A stretch of 37,252 nt of DNA from a virus. Lineage: Duplodnaviria > Heunggongvirae > Uroviricota > Caudoviricetes. Shown here in pieces: positions 16,600 through 25,594 of the stretch. Location: the IMG/VR virus record IMGVR_UViG_3300046542_000259; one strand, given 5' to 3'. A program made the translations under genes and the position numbers. How positions within the stretch are numbered: the first letter of the stretch is position 1; the number at the start of each line of letters is the position of its first letter. Under the pieces are notes generated by a model. That model saw nothing but the letters and a program-made list of their open reading frames with translations. It had not been told where the DNA came from and searched no databases.

Positions 16600-16920
16600 C
16601 ATTAAAAATTGGGGTACTTAGTTAGTGTAAAAAATTTTTTGGAGGGTAAGGGTGTCAAAACATCGGCACAAAGACCGGCAAAATGGAGTTTAAAATAATG
16701 GGTAACGTGTTGATATGGTGGGGGAGATGATGCGGCACAAAGATCGGCAAAAATAAGTGATACAACCTGTGTTGCAAAATTTTTTAGAGGGTAAGGGTAG
16801 ATTTTGGGTGGGGGGGGTCTTCCCAGCAAACACAACTTGTATTTCATACACGTTACAGTAGTAAGGCCCGGATTTAGCCCCTATGGGTAGTACGTCAAGG
16901 GACCCTACCTTTTTTATTTT
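16600..16920. repeat. Non-coding repeat/G-run block, candidate genome terminus or packaging site
   Basis: AAAATTTTTTRGAGGGTAAGGGT at 16631 and 16776; CGGCACAAAGAYCGGCAAAA at 16664 and 16733; G-run at 16806-16817; boundary between structural and early-gene blocks. Confidence 0.55.
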
Positions 16921-16952
16921 TGAGCTAATAGAAGGAGTCGGCATGAGCCGAC

Positions 16953-17144
16953 TCAATCACAATACGTTGCGACTAGCTCTAGTCCATTCTCTTTCATGTT
17001 TATATTAATTATTGAATTAATTTTATTTATTTCTTTTTCTTTTTTAAAACATTCATTATATTCAAACGTATCATATACAACTTCGGACTCGGTATCATTG
17101 GCAGGGTTCCAGACCACGAGGATCAAGGTCAGAGTCTTAATCAT
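16953..17144 (-). CDS. Hypothetical protein
   Basis: GGAG RBS; hydrophobic N-terminus, two Cys. Confidence 0.6.
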   Translation of the reverse strand: MIKTLTLILVVWNPANDTESEVVYDTFEYNECFKKEKEINKINSIININMKENGLELVATYCD

Positions 17145-17221
17145 TATCTTACATCTCCATTGTGGGCCGTGGGTGCATAGCCTATGCCATGCACTATGTA
17201 ATAGTATTAGTTAATGCTTTA

Positions 17222-17407
17222 TTAGTGCGACACTGCTAGCTCAATAGCAGCACGTACTATTGAACCAAGCGCACCCGGATCGAATACACCAGCGAGTAGG
17301 AACATGAGCGGAGTCGCTGCTAGTGCGGCTTTGGCTTGCCACATATCGAGACGATCATAGCGAGCCATGCGGTTCTCCAGCGTGGTACGATCAACAGACT
17401 TAAACAT
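17222..17407 (-). CDS. Hypothetical membrane protein
   Basis: AAGGAG RBS, own promoter, hydrophobic segment. Confidence 0.7.
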   Translation of the reverse strand: MFKSVDRTTLENRMARYDRLDMWQAKAALAATPLMFLLAGVFDPGALGSIVRAAIELAVSH

Positions 17408-17547
17408 AATCAATCTCCTTTAATCACTATCTATAATCTAAAGAGATATAGTGATTAAGTCAATACCTTTTCTTACATTCGATCATTATATAATACATAT
17501 AATGATATGCTAATACATATCTATATGTATATACATTAGAGCTATAG

Positions 17548-17671
17548 GGCAGGGCTCTAGGTAGGCAGGGCTCTAGGTAGGCAGGGCTCTAGGTAGGCAG
17601 GGCTCTAGGTAGGCAGGGCTCTAGGTAGGCAGGGCTCTAGGTAGGCAGGGCTCTAGGTAGGCAGGGCTCTA
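17548..17671 (+). repeat. Perfect tandem repeat of 16-mer GGCAGGGCTCTAGGTA (7 copies plus 12 nt)
   Basis: Directly visible; preceded by an AT-rich tract at about 17484-17546. Confidence 0.97.
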
Positions 17672-17701
17672 TAATAAAGGGATTTAGAACGAAGTTAGTT
17701 A

Positions 17702-17836
17702 TTGACTTAATTACTAGAATCACCTAGAATTATCTTAATCCAGAGGGATGGGAACGGCGAACCTGCCCGCTTTTTAAAACGGAACAAAACGTGAACAAAT
17801 TTGACGTAAAAAATCCCGCTTTTTGAGCGGGATTTT
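17702..17836 (+). promoter_or_regulatory. LexA-box cassette 1 (one-sided)
   Basis: TTGACT-17-TAGAAT; motif GGGATGGGAACGGCGAACCTGCC 17745-17767; GAAC-N7-GAAC 17782-17796; bidirectional hairpin 17810-17836. Confidence 0.85.
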
Positions 17837-17853
17837 AAAAGATTTAATTTTTG

Positions 17854-18240
17854 TTACATTCCGCTTTCGATTTTGTCGGAAAGAGGCTTAATAACTTCGT
17901 TCCAAATCGTTTCCGTTGTTTCAGTTATGGTGTAGTCCGAAACAACGTCATAACCATCGTTTCCGTAGATCAGCATGAAACGTCCAAGGTTTTCGCCAGC
18001 TTTGTTCCGAAGCTGCAAAATATCTTCATCCGTGGAAAACAGTGCGTCCATAACAACGCGGTATTTGTTGGACTTTTTAACAGTCCATTCCTCACCGTCG
18101 CAAACGCTAACGAGCATTTCATTCCTAAGAGCGTACTTGACAATTGCGCTGCAAATCCGGCGCTCAGCATCGATCCGCTTTGCAAGGCTGTTTTCACCGC
18201 GTGCCTTAGCTTCTTTGATGGCGCGATTGAAATCGTTCAT
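17854..18240 (-). CDS. Hypothetical early protein
   Basis: AAGGA RBS, own promoter, downstream terminator. Confidence 0.8.
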   Translation of the reverse strand: MNDFNRAIKEAKARGENSLAKRIDAERRICSAIVKYALRNEMLVSVCDGEEWTVKKSNKYRVVMDALFSTDEDILQLRNKAGENLGRFMLIYGNDGYDVVSDYTITETTETIWNEVIKPLSDKIESGM

Positions 18241-18322
18241 GGCTTAGTTCCTTGTTTGCGTTTCAACAATTCAAATTTAGAAGAAAAAGGGATTTGGTCA
18301 ATCCCTTTTTCTTACATTTGTT

Positions 18323-18526
18323 TCAAATATCTTCCACCGTTTCGGAAGGCAGGAGACGCGAAAGATTGAAGCGTTCTTCCTGCAAACGAGAAAGCTTTGC
18401 GCAACGACGGTCGAAACCAGCTTCATCACCACGTTCCAGAGCCTTGAATTTGCCTTCCTGCGTTGCGTAGAAATCAACGTCGATTGCTTCAATTTCAGCT
18501 TTGATCTGAGCGATTGTGCGGGCCAT
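18323..18526 (-). CDS. Hypothetical early protein
   Basis: AAGGA RBS and TTGACA promoter. Confidence 0.75.
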   Translation of the reverse strand: MARTIAQIKAEIEAIDVDFYATQEGKFKALERGDEAGFDRRCAKLSRLQEERFNLSRLLPSETVEDI

Positions 18527-18678
18527 TTTCGTTTTCCTTAGTTCGTTGCTGCGTTGTCTGTGCCTCTTATTCTATGGATTTTTGAGATTCTGTCAATCCC
18601 TTAAATGTAAGAAATTGGCATTATTTCAATCTTTTTATTGTTCAATGATTGTGAACGGTTTTTGAATCATTGTAACCA

Positions 18679-18870
18679 GAACAATAAGAGAACAAATCGC
18701 GTGGCGAACTTTTCCGATACACCATACCGCAATGTAAGAAAACGTCTCAGTGAGGCTGTATGAGGCTTTTAAAGCGTGAACAAATTAAGGCACATTTGTT
18801 CCCTATTTGTTCACGATATGAGCCGTTTTAAATTGCATCGTCGGTTCATGCTCCCATCCTACTGGATTAA
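18679..18870. promoter_or_regulatory. Degenerate LexA-box cassette
   Basis: GAAC-N7-GAAC 18679-18693; GTTC-N7-GTTC 18798-18812; degenerate reverse motif TTAATCCAGTAGGATGGGAGCATGAACC. Confidence 0.65.
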
Positions 18871-18929
18871 AATGACTTTAAATGAAAAAACCGGCTTTGT
18901 AAAGCCGGTTTCTTAGTTATTTTGATTTT

Positions 18930-19127
18930 TTAATAAAAATATTCGACGTTGGGAGTAGGATTTTCTTTAAGAAAAGCTTTCATATCTTCCTTAGTTTCAA
19001 AGCCTTCAATCCATTGAGTTTCGTTATCGTAGAAAGCAACTAGAACAAAAGGGCGATTTGTATGCTCATCTGTCACGCCGAATTCAGCTTCAATCGCTTC
19101 AGAAGAGCCAGCAACAAAACGTTCCAT
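18930..19127 (-). CDS. Hypothetical acidic early protein
   Basis: AGGGA RBS, promoter, downstream terminator at about 18888-18911. Confidence 0.75.
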   Translation of the reverse strand: MERFVAGSSEAIEAEFGVTDEHTNRPFVLVAFYDNETQWIEGFETKEDMKAFLKENPTPNVEYFY

Positions 19128-19217
19128 TTTTGTATTCCCTGTTTCAACTGACTCTTTTATAAAATGAAAAAGCCTCTATTGCAAGAGGCTTTTTCAATTA
19201 TTTTGATTTTAAAGTTT

Positions 19218-19520
19218 TTACCAATTTCCGTTCATTTTTTCCATTTCTTCCCATTCGTAAACTTGACCATCGGGACCATAATAACCGTACCGCTCATCTT
19301 CCGTCATAGTGGTACGTTCCCACAAATCGGGATTAAATTCACCTTTGGCCCAAATTTTATTAAACAAAGGCAATGCGGCTTCATATGTCGGAAATAGAGC
19401 GCGATTATCGGTCAGAACGTACTCTTTACCATTAGCCTTGACATGCACTGCGAAAAAAGGGCCATGGCCCGGATTAGCAATGTCTGAAATCCAAAGGTGA
19501 TTCCGATTAACGATTTTCAT
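19218..19520 (-). CDS. Hypothetical early protein
   Basis: Start after recurrent leader AAGGGAATACGGAAATG. Confidence 0.8.
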   Translation of the reverse strand: MKIVNRNHLWISDIANPGHGPFFAVHVKANGKEYVLTDNRALFPTYEAALPLFNKIWAKGEFNPDLWERTTMTEDERYGYYGPDGQVYEWEEMEKMNGNW

Positions 19521-19534
19521 TTCCGTATTCCCTT

Positions 19535-19580
19535 GTTTCAACTGTCACCAAACATATTCTTACATTTGGTGACAGTCAAG
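19535..19580 (-). promoter_or_regulatory. Inverted-repeat-embedded early promoter cassette
   Basis: TTGACT-17-TATGTT inside the ACTGTCACCAAA/TTTGGTGACAGT repeat; near-identical copy at 19864-19909, related copy at 26314-26350. Confidence 0.8.
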
Positions 19581-19588
19581 AGCTAATT

Positions 19589-19813
19589 TCAGCCCGCAGC
19601 GCTATATACAAATTCGTGAGGATGGCCACCATAAACCCTGACATGGTAAATGTGTTTGTGCTTAAGTGCGACATCTTCGCTCAAAGAAAGCTTGGAACGA
19701 ATGAAGCTCTTAGCCGCGTCCAAGCCGCCATAGATGAATTGTGTTTTCATTCCGCCGCCCCATGTTTCGGGCAAATGGATTTCCACGATGTGAGACGGTA
19801 AAGATTTAAGCAT
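19589..19813 (-). CDS. Hypothetical early protein
   Basis: Start after recurrent leader AAAGGGATTTGCAAAATG. Confidence 0.75.
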   Translation of the reverse strand: MLKSLPSHIVEIHLPETWGGGMKTQFIYGGLDAAKSFIRSKLSLSEDVALKHKHIYHVRVYGGHPHEFVYSAAG

Positions 19814-19943
19814 TTTGCAAATCCCTTTGTTTGCTGGCTTATTTCGCTTTAGCGAAAGTTGCCGTTTCAACTGTCACCAAACATATTCTTACATGTGGTG
19901 ACAGTCAAGTGTTTCCTCTCAATTAATTGAGAGGAACAACGCT

Positions 19944-20354
19944 TTAAAGCGAGCCCCAATAAACAGTGCTAGGGTGGCCATCTTCATAAGCCTCTAGGGC
20001 GCGATCAGCGCTGGCATAACGATCCTCGTTATCATGGGCGCTCGGTGCATCGATCCACATCGATTCAGGACCATCAAGCCATTGGTTATGATCGTCTTCA
20101 TCCTTAAGCCATGCAATAATTGATACCGGAACCGGAACGATGTGAACCGAAGAATATTGCGTGCTGTCGCAATCCATACCGGAGCGGCAAATGGCGACTA
20201 GGCCATTCTCAGCCATGGCGGTAAACCTAGCGCGTGCGTTGCCGCGTTCCATGATCCGGCTGTGAATAGCGGGGACTCGCAAATTGCGGTCCTGACCCAT
20301 CTTGACAATTTTCTTCAGATTGCGCTTGATTTTCTCAGAAAGCATTTTCGTCAT
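19944..20354 (-). CDS. Hypothetical early protein
   Basis: GGAG RBS, own promoter. Confidence 0.8.
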   Translation of the reverse strand: MTKMLSEKIKRNLKKIVKMGQDRNLRVPAIHSRIMERGNARARFTAMAENGLVAICRSGMDCDSTQYSSVHIVPVPVSIIAWLKDEDDHNQWLDGPESMWIDAPSAHDNEDRYASADRALEAYEDGHPSTVYWGSL

Positions 20355-20435
20355 CTCCGTTTAACTGTCACCAACTTAAAACAACAAAATATCTAAGTCA
20401 ATCCGTTTTCTTACATCATTGTTTTAATTTAGTTG

Positions 20436-20600
20436 TTGCCAAGTACCGCAGGATCGAGTAATCTTTAATTACAGCAGGGGTTGGGGAGAATGAGGGATGG
20501 GCTTTGTTGGAACAAAACGTGAACAAAAGAATCAGGCAGGTTCGCCGTTCCCATCCCAAGGATTAAGAAAAAGACTAGAGGATTTTCATCCTCTAGTCAA
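20436..20600. promoter_or_regulatory. LexA-box cassette 2 (convergent promoters)
   Basis: + TTGCCA-17-TAATCT; box 20510-20524; reverse motif 20535-20557; - TTGACT-17-TAGTCT embedded in hairpin 20572-20600. Confidence 0.85.
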
Positions 20601-20608
20601 CTGTTATT

Positions 20609-20827
20609 TTAGCCATGCTTTCCAACTAAATCCATGCGGCCTGTACCTACAGCTAGATTGTTGTACATCTGGCGAAACTGGCGGCGATACTGCGAGTCAT
20701 TTTCCATACTATCTTGATGCATGATTTCGCGGGCTTCAAGCCAAACAGCGCGTTCCTCAGCAGTGAAATTCATGGTGCCGGTCTTACGAGCAGCAGTGTT
20801 GATGGCGCGGGCTTCGGAAACGTTCAT
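20609..20827 (-). CDS. Hypothetical early protein
   Basis: AAGGA RBS, own promoter. Confidence 0.75.
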   Translation of the reverse strand: MNVSEARAINTAARKTGTMNFTAEERAVWLEAREIMHQDSMENDSQYRRQFRQMYNNLAVGTGRMDLVGKHG

Positions 20828-21000
20828 TTGCTTAATTCCTTGTTTCGATGATTAATAGTCTCATATAATCGAAACGTTGGCAAGCCCTAAATGTAAGAAA
20901 ATGAAACTAATTAAGCCACGTCATAAAAGCCTCATAGAAGGCGATACAGAGCGTTTCGACGTTTTGGCTAGGGCAATGTGTCCAATGCCCTAAAGCCTAT

Positions 21001-21081
21001 TCACAATGGAAATATGATCCAGAGCAAGACGATGGAAGAGACGAAACCGGCAAATGCGATCAAATCAGGATTTCCATTCAT
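21001..21081 (-). CDS. Single-TM micropeptide MNGNPDLIAFAGFVSSIVLLWIIFPL
   Basis: C-terminal LLWIIFPL shared with 33652..33714 using synonymous codons. Confidence 0.6.
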   Translation of the reverse strand: MNGNPDLIAFAGFVSSIVLLWIIFPL

Positions 21082-21538
21082 CGCCACCGGCAAACTTAAG
21101 ACACATCAACAACGCCCCAAATTCGCTTGGATGGCCATAGGTTTGACCATTCGGCAAGGTATATTGCCATTTGTCAGTCCCATTGATGCTAGGGCCTTCA
21201 TATAGCGGAAAGATGGTAAAAGTTTGGCCATTGATAGTTATGGTGCGACGTGAGCCTTTAACTTCAGTATTGACTTTGATTTCCGTGTCAACTGTAGTGA
21301 CAGGCTTAACAAATAGGTCTTTGCCATAAATATTTGTATTCTTATCAAGCTCAGCAATGAAAACATAACCGAGCGATTCCATTTGATGGTCCATACCATT
21401 AAACTCATAACTCTTGGAAACGGTTTTGCTTTTACCGCGATTCTCACCTTCCAAGTAAGTTATCTTGAAGCGGGAAGGCTTATAGCTTGTTGGGCCTAGA
21501 TACTTAACCTTAATCACGGAACGGAACATGCTCAGCAT
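21065..21538 (-). CDS. Hypothetical early protein
   Basis: 157-aa ORF; IKVKYLGPT..SR.K N-terminal motif. Confidence 0.8.
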   Translation of the reverse strand: MLSMFRSVIKVKYLGPTSYKPSRFKITYLEGENRGKSKTVSKSYEFNGMDHQMESLGYVFIAELDKNTNIYGKDLFVKPVTTVDTEIKVNTEVKGSRRTITINGQTFTIFPLYEGPSINGTDKWQYTLPNGQTYGHPSEFGALLMCLKFAGGDEWKS

Positions 21539-21556
21539 TGTTTAACCTTTCTGGGG

Positions 21557-21757
21557 TTAGTTGTAGTTTTGCGTCAGATTTGTAGCACAAAAGTTTTGGA
21601 CATGAGACGCGTTAGTAACTTGCTCATAAGTCAAATCAATTGCTTTCTGAATTGCAATGTAAATGCTTTCCGCCTCAATCGTGAACGTTGCGCGGCGATA
21701 GAATTCACCTTGTTCGTCTGTGTGGCGATACTTGGTAATTACGTGAAACTTATCCAC
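21557..21757 (-). CDS. Hypothetical early protein
   Basis: GTG start 8 nt after AAGGAG. Confidence 0.65.
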   Translation of the reverse strand: MDKFHVITKYRHTDEQGEFYRRATFTIEAESIYIAIQKAIDLTYEQVTNASHVQNFCATNLTQNYN

Positions 21758-21759
21758 GA

Positions 21760-22011
21760 TCAAAGCTCCTTTACATGTTCGGCATAGTATTGGCGCAGCA
21801 TTTCGCCGCAAGCCGCGATTTCTTCAGGCGAAAACACAATCTTGCCTTTGCTGATTTCTCGCTCAAAGCGCGGCACAACATTTAGTTTGACATGAGCAAA
21901 CCACGCCTTCCAATCTGCATTAGCTTGCGCTAATTCAACGTGGCGGTTATACAATTCGCCGGTAGTAACGGCAAAATCGAAAACATCTTGAGCCGTGAAT
22001 TTCTCAGACAT
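21760..22011 (-). CDS. Hypothetical early protein
   Basis: AAGGA RBS. Confidence 0.8.
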   Translation of the reverse strand: MSEKFTAQDVFDFAVTTGELYNRHVELAQANADWKAWFAHVKLNVVPRFEREISKGKIVFSPEEIAACGEMLRQYYAEHVKEL

Positions 22012-22073
22012 GCGCTTTTTCCTTTGTTAAGCGTTTAAGAATAGCGCTGCGTTCCAGCGCCAAATTTAAAGGC

Positions 22074-22265
22074 TTAGTAAAGTTTGGCTTTTGCAAGCAT
22101 ATAAAGCCCTGTTTCGGAACCTGTATAATCAGGCTCAGAGCTTTCACTATCCCAGCGCCATCCAAGAGTAGTACCGTTTTCATCACGATAAACATCATAA
22201 CTACCAGCATCACCGCAAATCATTCCCTGAAACTTGCCGCGATAGTTTTTCTTAATCTGTACCAT
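22074..22265 (-). CDS. Hypothetical early protein
   Basis: AAGGGAATACGGAAATG leader; inverted-repeat-embedded promoter. Confidence 0.75.
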   Translation of the reverse strand: MVQIKKNYRGKFQGMICGDAGSYDVYRDENGTTLGWRWDSESSEPDYTGSETGLYMLAKAKLY

Positions 22266-22343
22266 TTCCGTATTCCCTTTGTTGACCATGTAAGAAACTT
22301 AATCCCTTTTCCTTACATGGTCAAGCGCAAAACAAAAGAAAAA

Positions 22344-22475
22344 TCAAAAATATCGCGGCTTTCCTTCCATGCCTTCACGCTTCTCAGCCGCGACATAAGA
22401 GAAGATATTCCGCATCGCATCTTTGCTCTTGCGATCATTGCGGCGAGTAAGTTTGTGCATCTTATCACGAGCCAT
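22344..22475 (-). CDS. Hypothetical basic protein, 43 aa
   Basis: MARDKMHKLTRRNDRKSK...; AAGGA RBS. Confidence 0.6.
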   Translation of the reverse strand: MARDKMHKLTRRNDRKSKDAMRNIFSYVAAEKREGMEGKPRYF

Positions 22476-22523
22476 TTTAGATAATCCTTTCATATGGCTG
22501 TTAATCAGGTTCAAGCGTTAGAA

Positions 22524-22910
22524 TTATTCCACAATTTCAGCATTAAGGCATTGGTGAAAACATTCCCCAATGTAGTCTTTAATTTCGCGTTTGTCTCTGC
22601 CCGTCACTCTCAGAGTGAAGCCATACACAAGAGACGGAGTCACAATCACTTTGTGCTCTGTCCAGCCATCATAATAACCACCATCGTTCATGTGGTGAAA
22701 GCCGGTATCAAAAACGAGACGTTCCGGCTTGCTTTCATCAAAATTAAGCTTTGTGCCAGAGTCAAAGCCGGAACCGTGGGGAAACGTTTCAGACACAATC
22801 GATTTGATCGAGTCTTGATGCTTATCAAACCATTCCGTATTACCTTTTTCGAGGCAATTATTCATGGCTTGGAGCTTGTTAGCAATAATCTCAAAAACCT
22901 TACGAGTCAT
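22524..22910 (-). CDS. Conserved-type phage early protein (PHGSGFDSG..FHHMN..GYYDGW)
   Basis: Motifs recalled from phage hypotheticals; AAGGA RBS. Confidence 0.8.
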   Translation of the reverse strand: MTRKVFEIIANKLQAMNNCLEKGNTEWFDKHQDSIKSIVSETFPHGSGFDSGTKLNFDESKPERLVFDTGFHHMNDGGYYDGWTEHKVIVTPSLVYGFTLRVTGRDKREIKDYIGECFHQCLNAEIVE

Positions 22911-22975
22911 TTCCGTTTTCCTTTGTTTTCCTTACAATCTCAATCTAAAGCATTGTAAGATTATGTCAAGCGTCT

Positions 22976-23203
22976 TTATTCGACTCTTGGAATTAATTTT
23001 CCCGACAATTCACGACTAACGCAAGTCGCGGCGTAGCGGTAAACCGCGCCTTCACTGTCATGATAGACTATGGGATTTGTCTTATCGGTTCGGATTTGTT
23101 CAACGATATGATAGCAAGCCGTTTCCGATACCGTCTCAAACCGATTCATGTTCATGCCATGATTCGGTTCATTGATTAGGAAAATGAGAATAAGTTTTTC
23201 CAT
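22976..23203 (-). CDS. Hypothetical protein
   Basis: AAGGA RBS; hydrophobic N-terminus, two Cys. Confidence 0.7.
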   Translation of the reverse strand: MEKLILIFLINEPNHGMNMNRFETVSETACYHIVEQIRTDKTNPIVYHDSEGAVYRYAATCVSRELSGKLIPRVE

Positions 23204-23215
23204 TACGTCAATCCT

Positions 23216-23533
23216 TCATTTATACTTCACTGAAACTCTGTGCCAATCTGCCTTAACCGAAACAACTTTCTTTCCAGCCGGAACAAACGTGGTATTGCCG
23301 ACGTGCTTAAACTTACCATTGCTAAGCCGACGAACCACGTTGAACGGTTCAAATCCTGTAACCATGTTCCACGCGGTAAAGAAAGCCGCCTCAGCCGCGA
23401 CAGTATCATTTATCAAATCTTCCGACGTGACATGCAACATCTTGCCATTGTGGCGCAAGACATAGCAGCCATTGATTTCGACACAATCAATTTGCGTTCC
23501 CATTTTGGTTCGGGAAAAAGTAAACTTTGCCAT
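23216..23533 (-). CDS. Hypothetical early protein
   Basis: GAGGA RBS, own promoter. Confidence 0.75.
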   Translation of the reverse strand: MAKFTFSRTKMGTQIDCVEINGCYVLRHNGKMLHVTSEDLINDTVAAEAAFFTAWNMVTGFEPFNVVRRLSNGKFKHVGNTTFVPAGKKVVSVKADWHRVSVKYK

Positions 23534-23633
23534 TTCCGCAGTCCTCTTGTTTGATGATTTATAATCTCACACTTTGAATCATTATTCAAGTCTTTTTCTT
23601 ACATTTAATTTCATTATTTTCTGAAAATAGTTG

Positions 23634-23821
23634 TTGACATAGGAGGCGGAATCATCTAATATCATTACATACCAAGGAAGCAGCGCTGGAGAGCGGAGTG
23701 AGGTAGGGAGAATGAGGGATGGGTTCCGTTAGAACAAAACGTGAACAAAAATTTGTTCCAGCCTCGGCGTTCCCATCCGAAGGATTAAAAAGAGACTAGC
23801 GGCTTTTCAGCCGCTAGTCAA
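23634..23821. promoter_or_regulatory. LexA-box cassette 3 (convergent promoters)
   Basis: + TTGACA-17-TAATAT; box 23732-23746; - TTGACT-17-TAGTCT in hairpin 23793-23821. Confidence 0.85.
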
Positions 23822-23830
23822 TTATTATTT

Positions 23831-24010
23831 TTAAATTTCGTAACTTCTTTCCCCGTCTCTTTCGACGCAGATTTCAACGTGCAAGGATTCTAGTTCATCC
23901 TTTTCGTAATAGCTTTCCATCCATTTAACCGCTTCGGTGTAATTCTTGAATTCCCGAATGTCGCACTCTTTTTCATAACCGGCATTTTCAACCACGATGT
24001 ACTTTTTCAT
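23831..24010 (-). CDS. Hypothetical early protein, 59 aa
   Basis: MKKYIVVENAGYEKECDIREF...; AAGGGGG RBS. Confidence 0.7.
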   Translation of the reverse strand: MKKYIVVENAGYEKECDIREFKNYTEAVKWMESYYEKDELESLHVEICVERDGERSYEI

Positions 24011-24104
24011 TTCCGTAACCCCCTTCGTTCGATAATGTAATTTCTCACATTATCGAAACTATTGCAAGCGTTTTCTTACATCTTTTTAAAAATACTTTCA
24101 CGGC

Positions 24105-24356
24105 CTAAGCCGTGACTCTCTGTTTCATCGCGGCAACCACGTCGGCATAATTGGCACGGTGCACCATAAGCGATTGAGACAATGCCTTGACATTCTCATG
24201 ACGCTTAGGCGCGGCCAAACGCTTAGCCAATGCCATACCAGCATTTTCGAGATGGCGCTTATGGTCCATCAAATCGGAATATGAGAAATGCGCGAATTTG
24301 GTGACGGCGCGATTGAAAGTCTTTTCCGAATTGATGAAAGCTGAAACTTTTGCCAT
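24105..24356 (-). CDS. Hypothetical early protein
   Basis: AAGGGAATACGGACATG leader. Confidence 0.75.
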   Translation of the reverse strand: MAKVSAFINSEKTFNRAVTKFAHFSYSDLMDHKRHLENAGMALAKRLAAPKRHENVKALSQSLMVHRANYADVVAAMKQRVTA

Positions 24357-24421
24357 GTCCGTATTCCCTTCGTTTCGATAATTAAATATCGCACAAAGAT
24401 CGCGGCATGACAAGCGTTTTC

Positions 24422-24646
24422 TTACATCTCAGGAAGATTCTTTTTCGCCTCATTCATCGCGGCGAATAGCTTAGCCCGTATCGGGGCAATGGCGGAACGG
24501 TTTGAAACACGGTTCAACAGCCCTAGGATGACGCGTAGCGCGTTATCGCGGGTTATGTGGCACGGTGAGCCGTCTCGTTGCTCTTGCCAGCGTACAGCGC
24601 TCAGGATGTCAAGAATTGAACGCTGGATTGCAATGTCGTTATTCAT
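24422..24646 (-). CDS. Hypothetical early protein
   Basis: AAGGA RBS. Confidence 0.65.
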   Translation of the reverse strand: MNNDIAIQRSILDILSAVRWQEQRDGSPCHITRDNALRVILGLLNRVSNRSAIAPIRAKLFAAMNEAKKNLPEM

Positions 24647-24712
24647 GGCGCTATTCCTTCGTTAGCGTTTAGGAATGAGCCGCCATTGTGGCGGCTCTAA
24701 CCTAAATTCTAA

Positions 24713-25105
24713 TCATTCTCCAAACGCGTCACGGTGAAACTTTGAAAGTGCGGCGTCTTCAATCTGATTTTCAAAGTATTCATATGCATCATGCACAACA
24801 CTTTCACAATGCTGGCGAACGTTATCCATGAAAGCCCGCTTATCTTCCATGGTGAAAATTCCGGGCAACATGGAGTCAACAACGTTGGCATTGTTTTCGC
24901 CACATACGAGTTTGTGAGCCGCAATTGCGTCATCTGCGGCAAGCAAAGACTTATGAAGCGCGATATGCATTTCATGAGTTTGCGCCACGGTACGAGCCGA
25001 CTTTTCAATTTTGGTAATTGCGGCGTAGCGGTTGAAATGTTCGTGAGACTTTGCGGCCTGATTTTCGCGATACTGGCACAGTGCGGTGGAAGTGATGCGG
25101 TCCAT
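24713..25105 (-). CDS. Hypothetical early protein
   Basis: AAGGGATTTGCAAAATG leader; own promoter. Confidence 0.8.
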   Translation of the reverse strand: MDRITSTALCQYRENQAAKSHEHFNRYAAITKIEKSARTVAQTHEMHIALHKSLLAADDAIAAHKLVCGENNANVVDSMLPGIFTMEDKRAFMDNVRQHCESVVHDAYEYFENQIEDAALSKFHRDAFGE

Positions 25106-25271
25106 TTTGCAAATCCCTTGTTTGCGTTTCGATGATTATTTATCTCATGTCGGCAAACGTATTGCAAGCGTTTTCTTACATTTTATAAAAATACTTTTGT
25201 GCTTTTATAAAATGTATGAGAAACGCGGGGTTTCTAGGGCAAGCCCGCGTTTCTGTTATCTTGCCAATCCG

Positions 25272-25511
25272 TTACATTCCGCCTCGCTTTGCGTTGCGTT
25301 CCTGCACTTCGTTAAAGCTTTCCAGCGCTTCGGCATGATCGTAGTGATAATGTCCCCAAGACCACGACTTTTTCAGTTCGGGCCACCATGTCGCGACGAC
25401 ATAAGGCATAAACTCATCTTCACGTTTCACCATAACAGAAACATAGCCGTTGCTATGAATTGCGCTTTGAATAACGGGATAACCGTTAAGCTTGACCGGA
25501 GCCTTAACCAT
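25272..25511 (-). CDS. Hypothetical early protein
   Basis: AAGGGATTTGCAAAATG leader. Confidence 0.75.
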   Translation of the reverse strand: MVKAPVKLNGYPVIQSAIHSNGYVSVMVKREDEFMPYVVATWWPELKKSWSWGHYHYDHAEALESFNEVQERNAKRGGM

Positions 25512-25594
25512 TTTGCAAATCCCTTTGTTTTGCTTTGTGTACCGCCAATTTATTACATTTGGCGGTACACTAGTCAAGTGATTATTTGAGATTT

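Noticed and set aside
16602-16956. Two overlapping minus-strand ORFs (81 and 88 aa)
   Set aside because: They translate the repeat/G-run block, lack a convincing RBS and look non-coding
17548-17671. CRISPR array
   Set aside because: Units are contiguous identical 16-mers with no spacers, and no cas genes are present
17751-17800. GGAAC as the -35 of an EcfG/RpoE2 general-stress promoter
   Set aside because: No consistent CGTT-type -10 at 16-18 bp across copies; GAAC-N7-GAAC explains the conservation better
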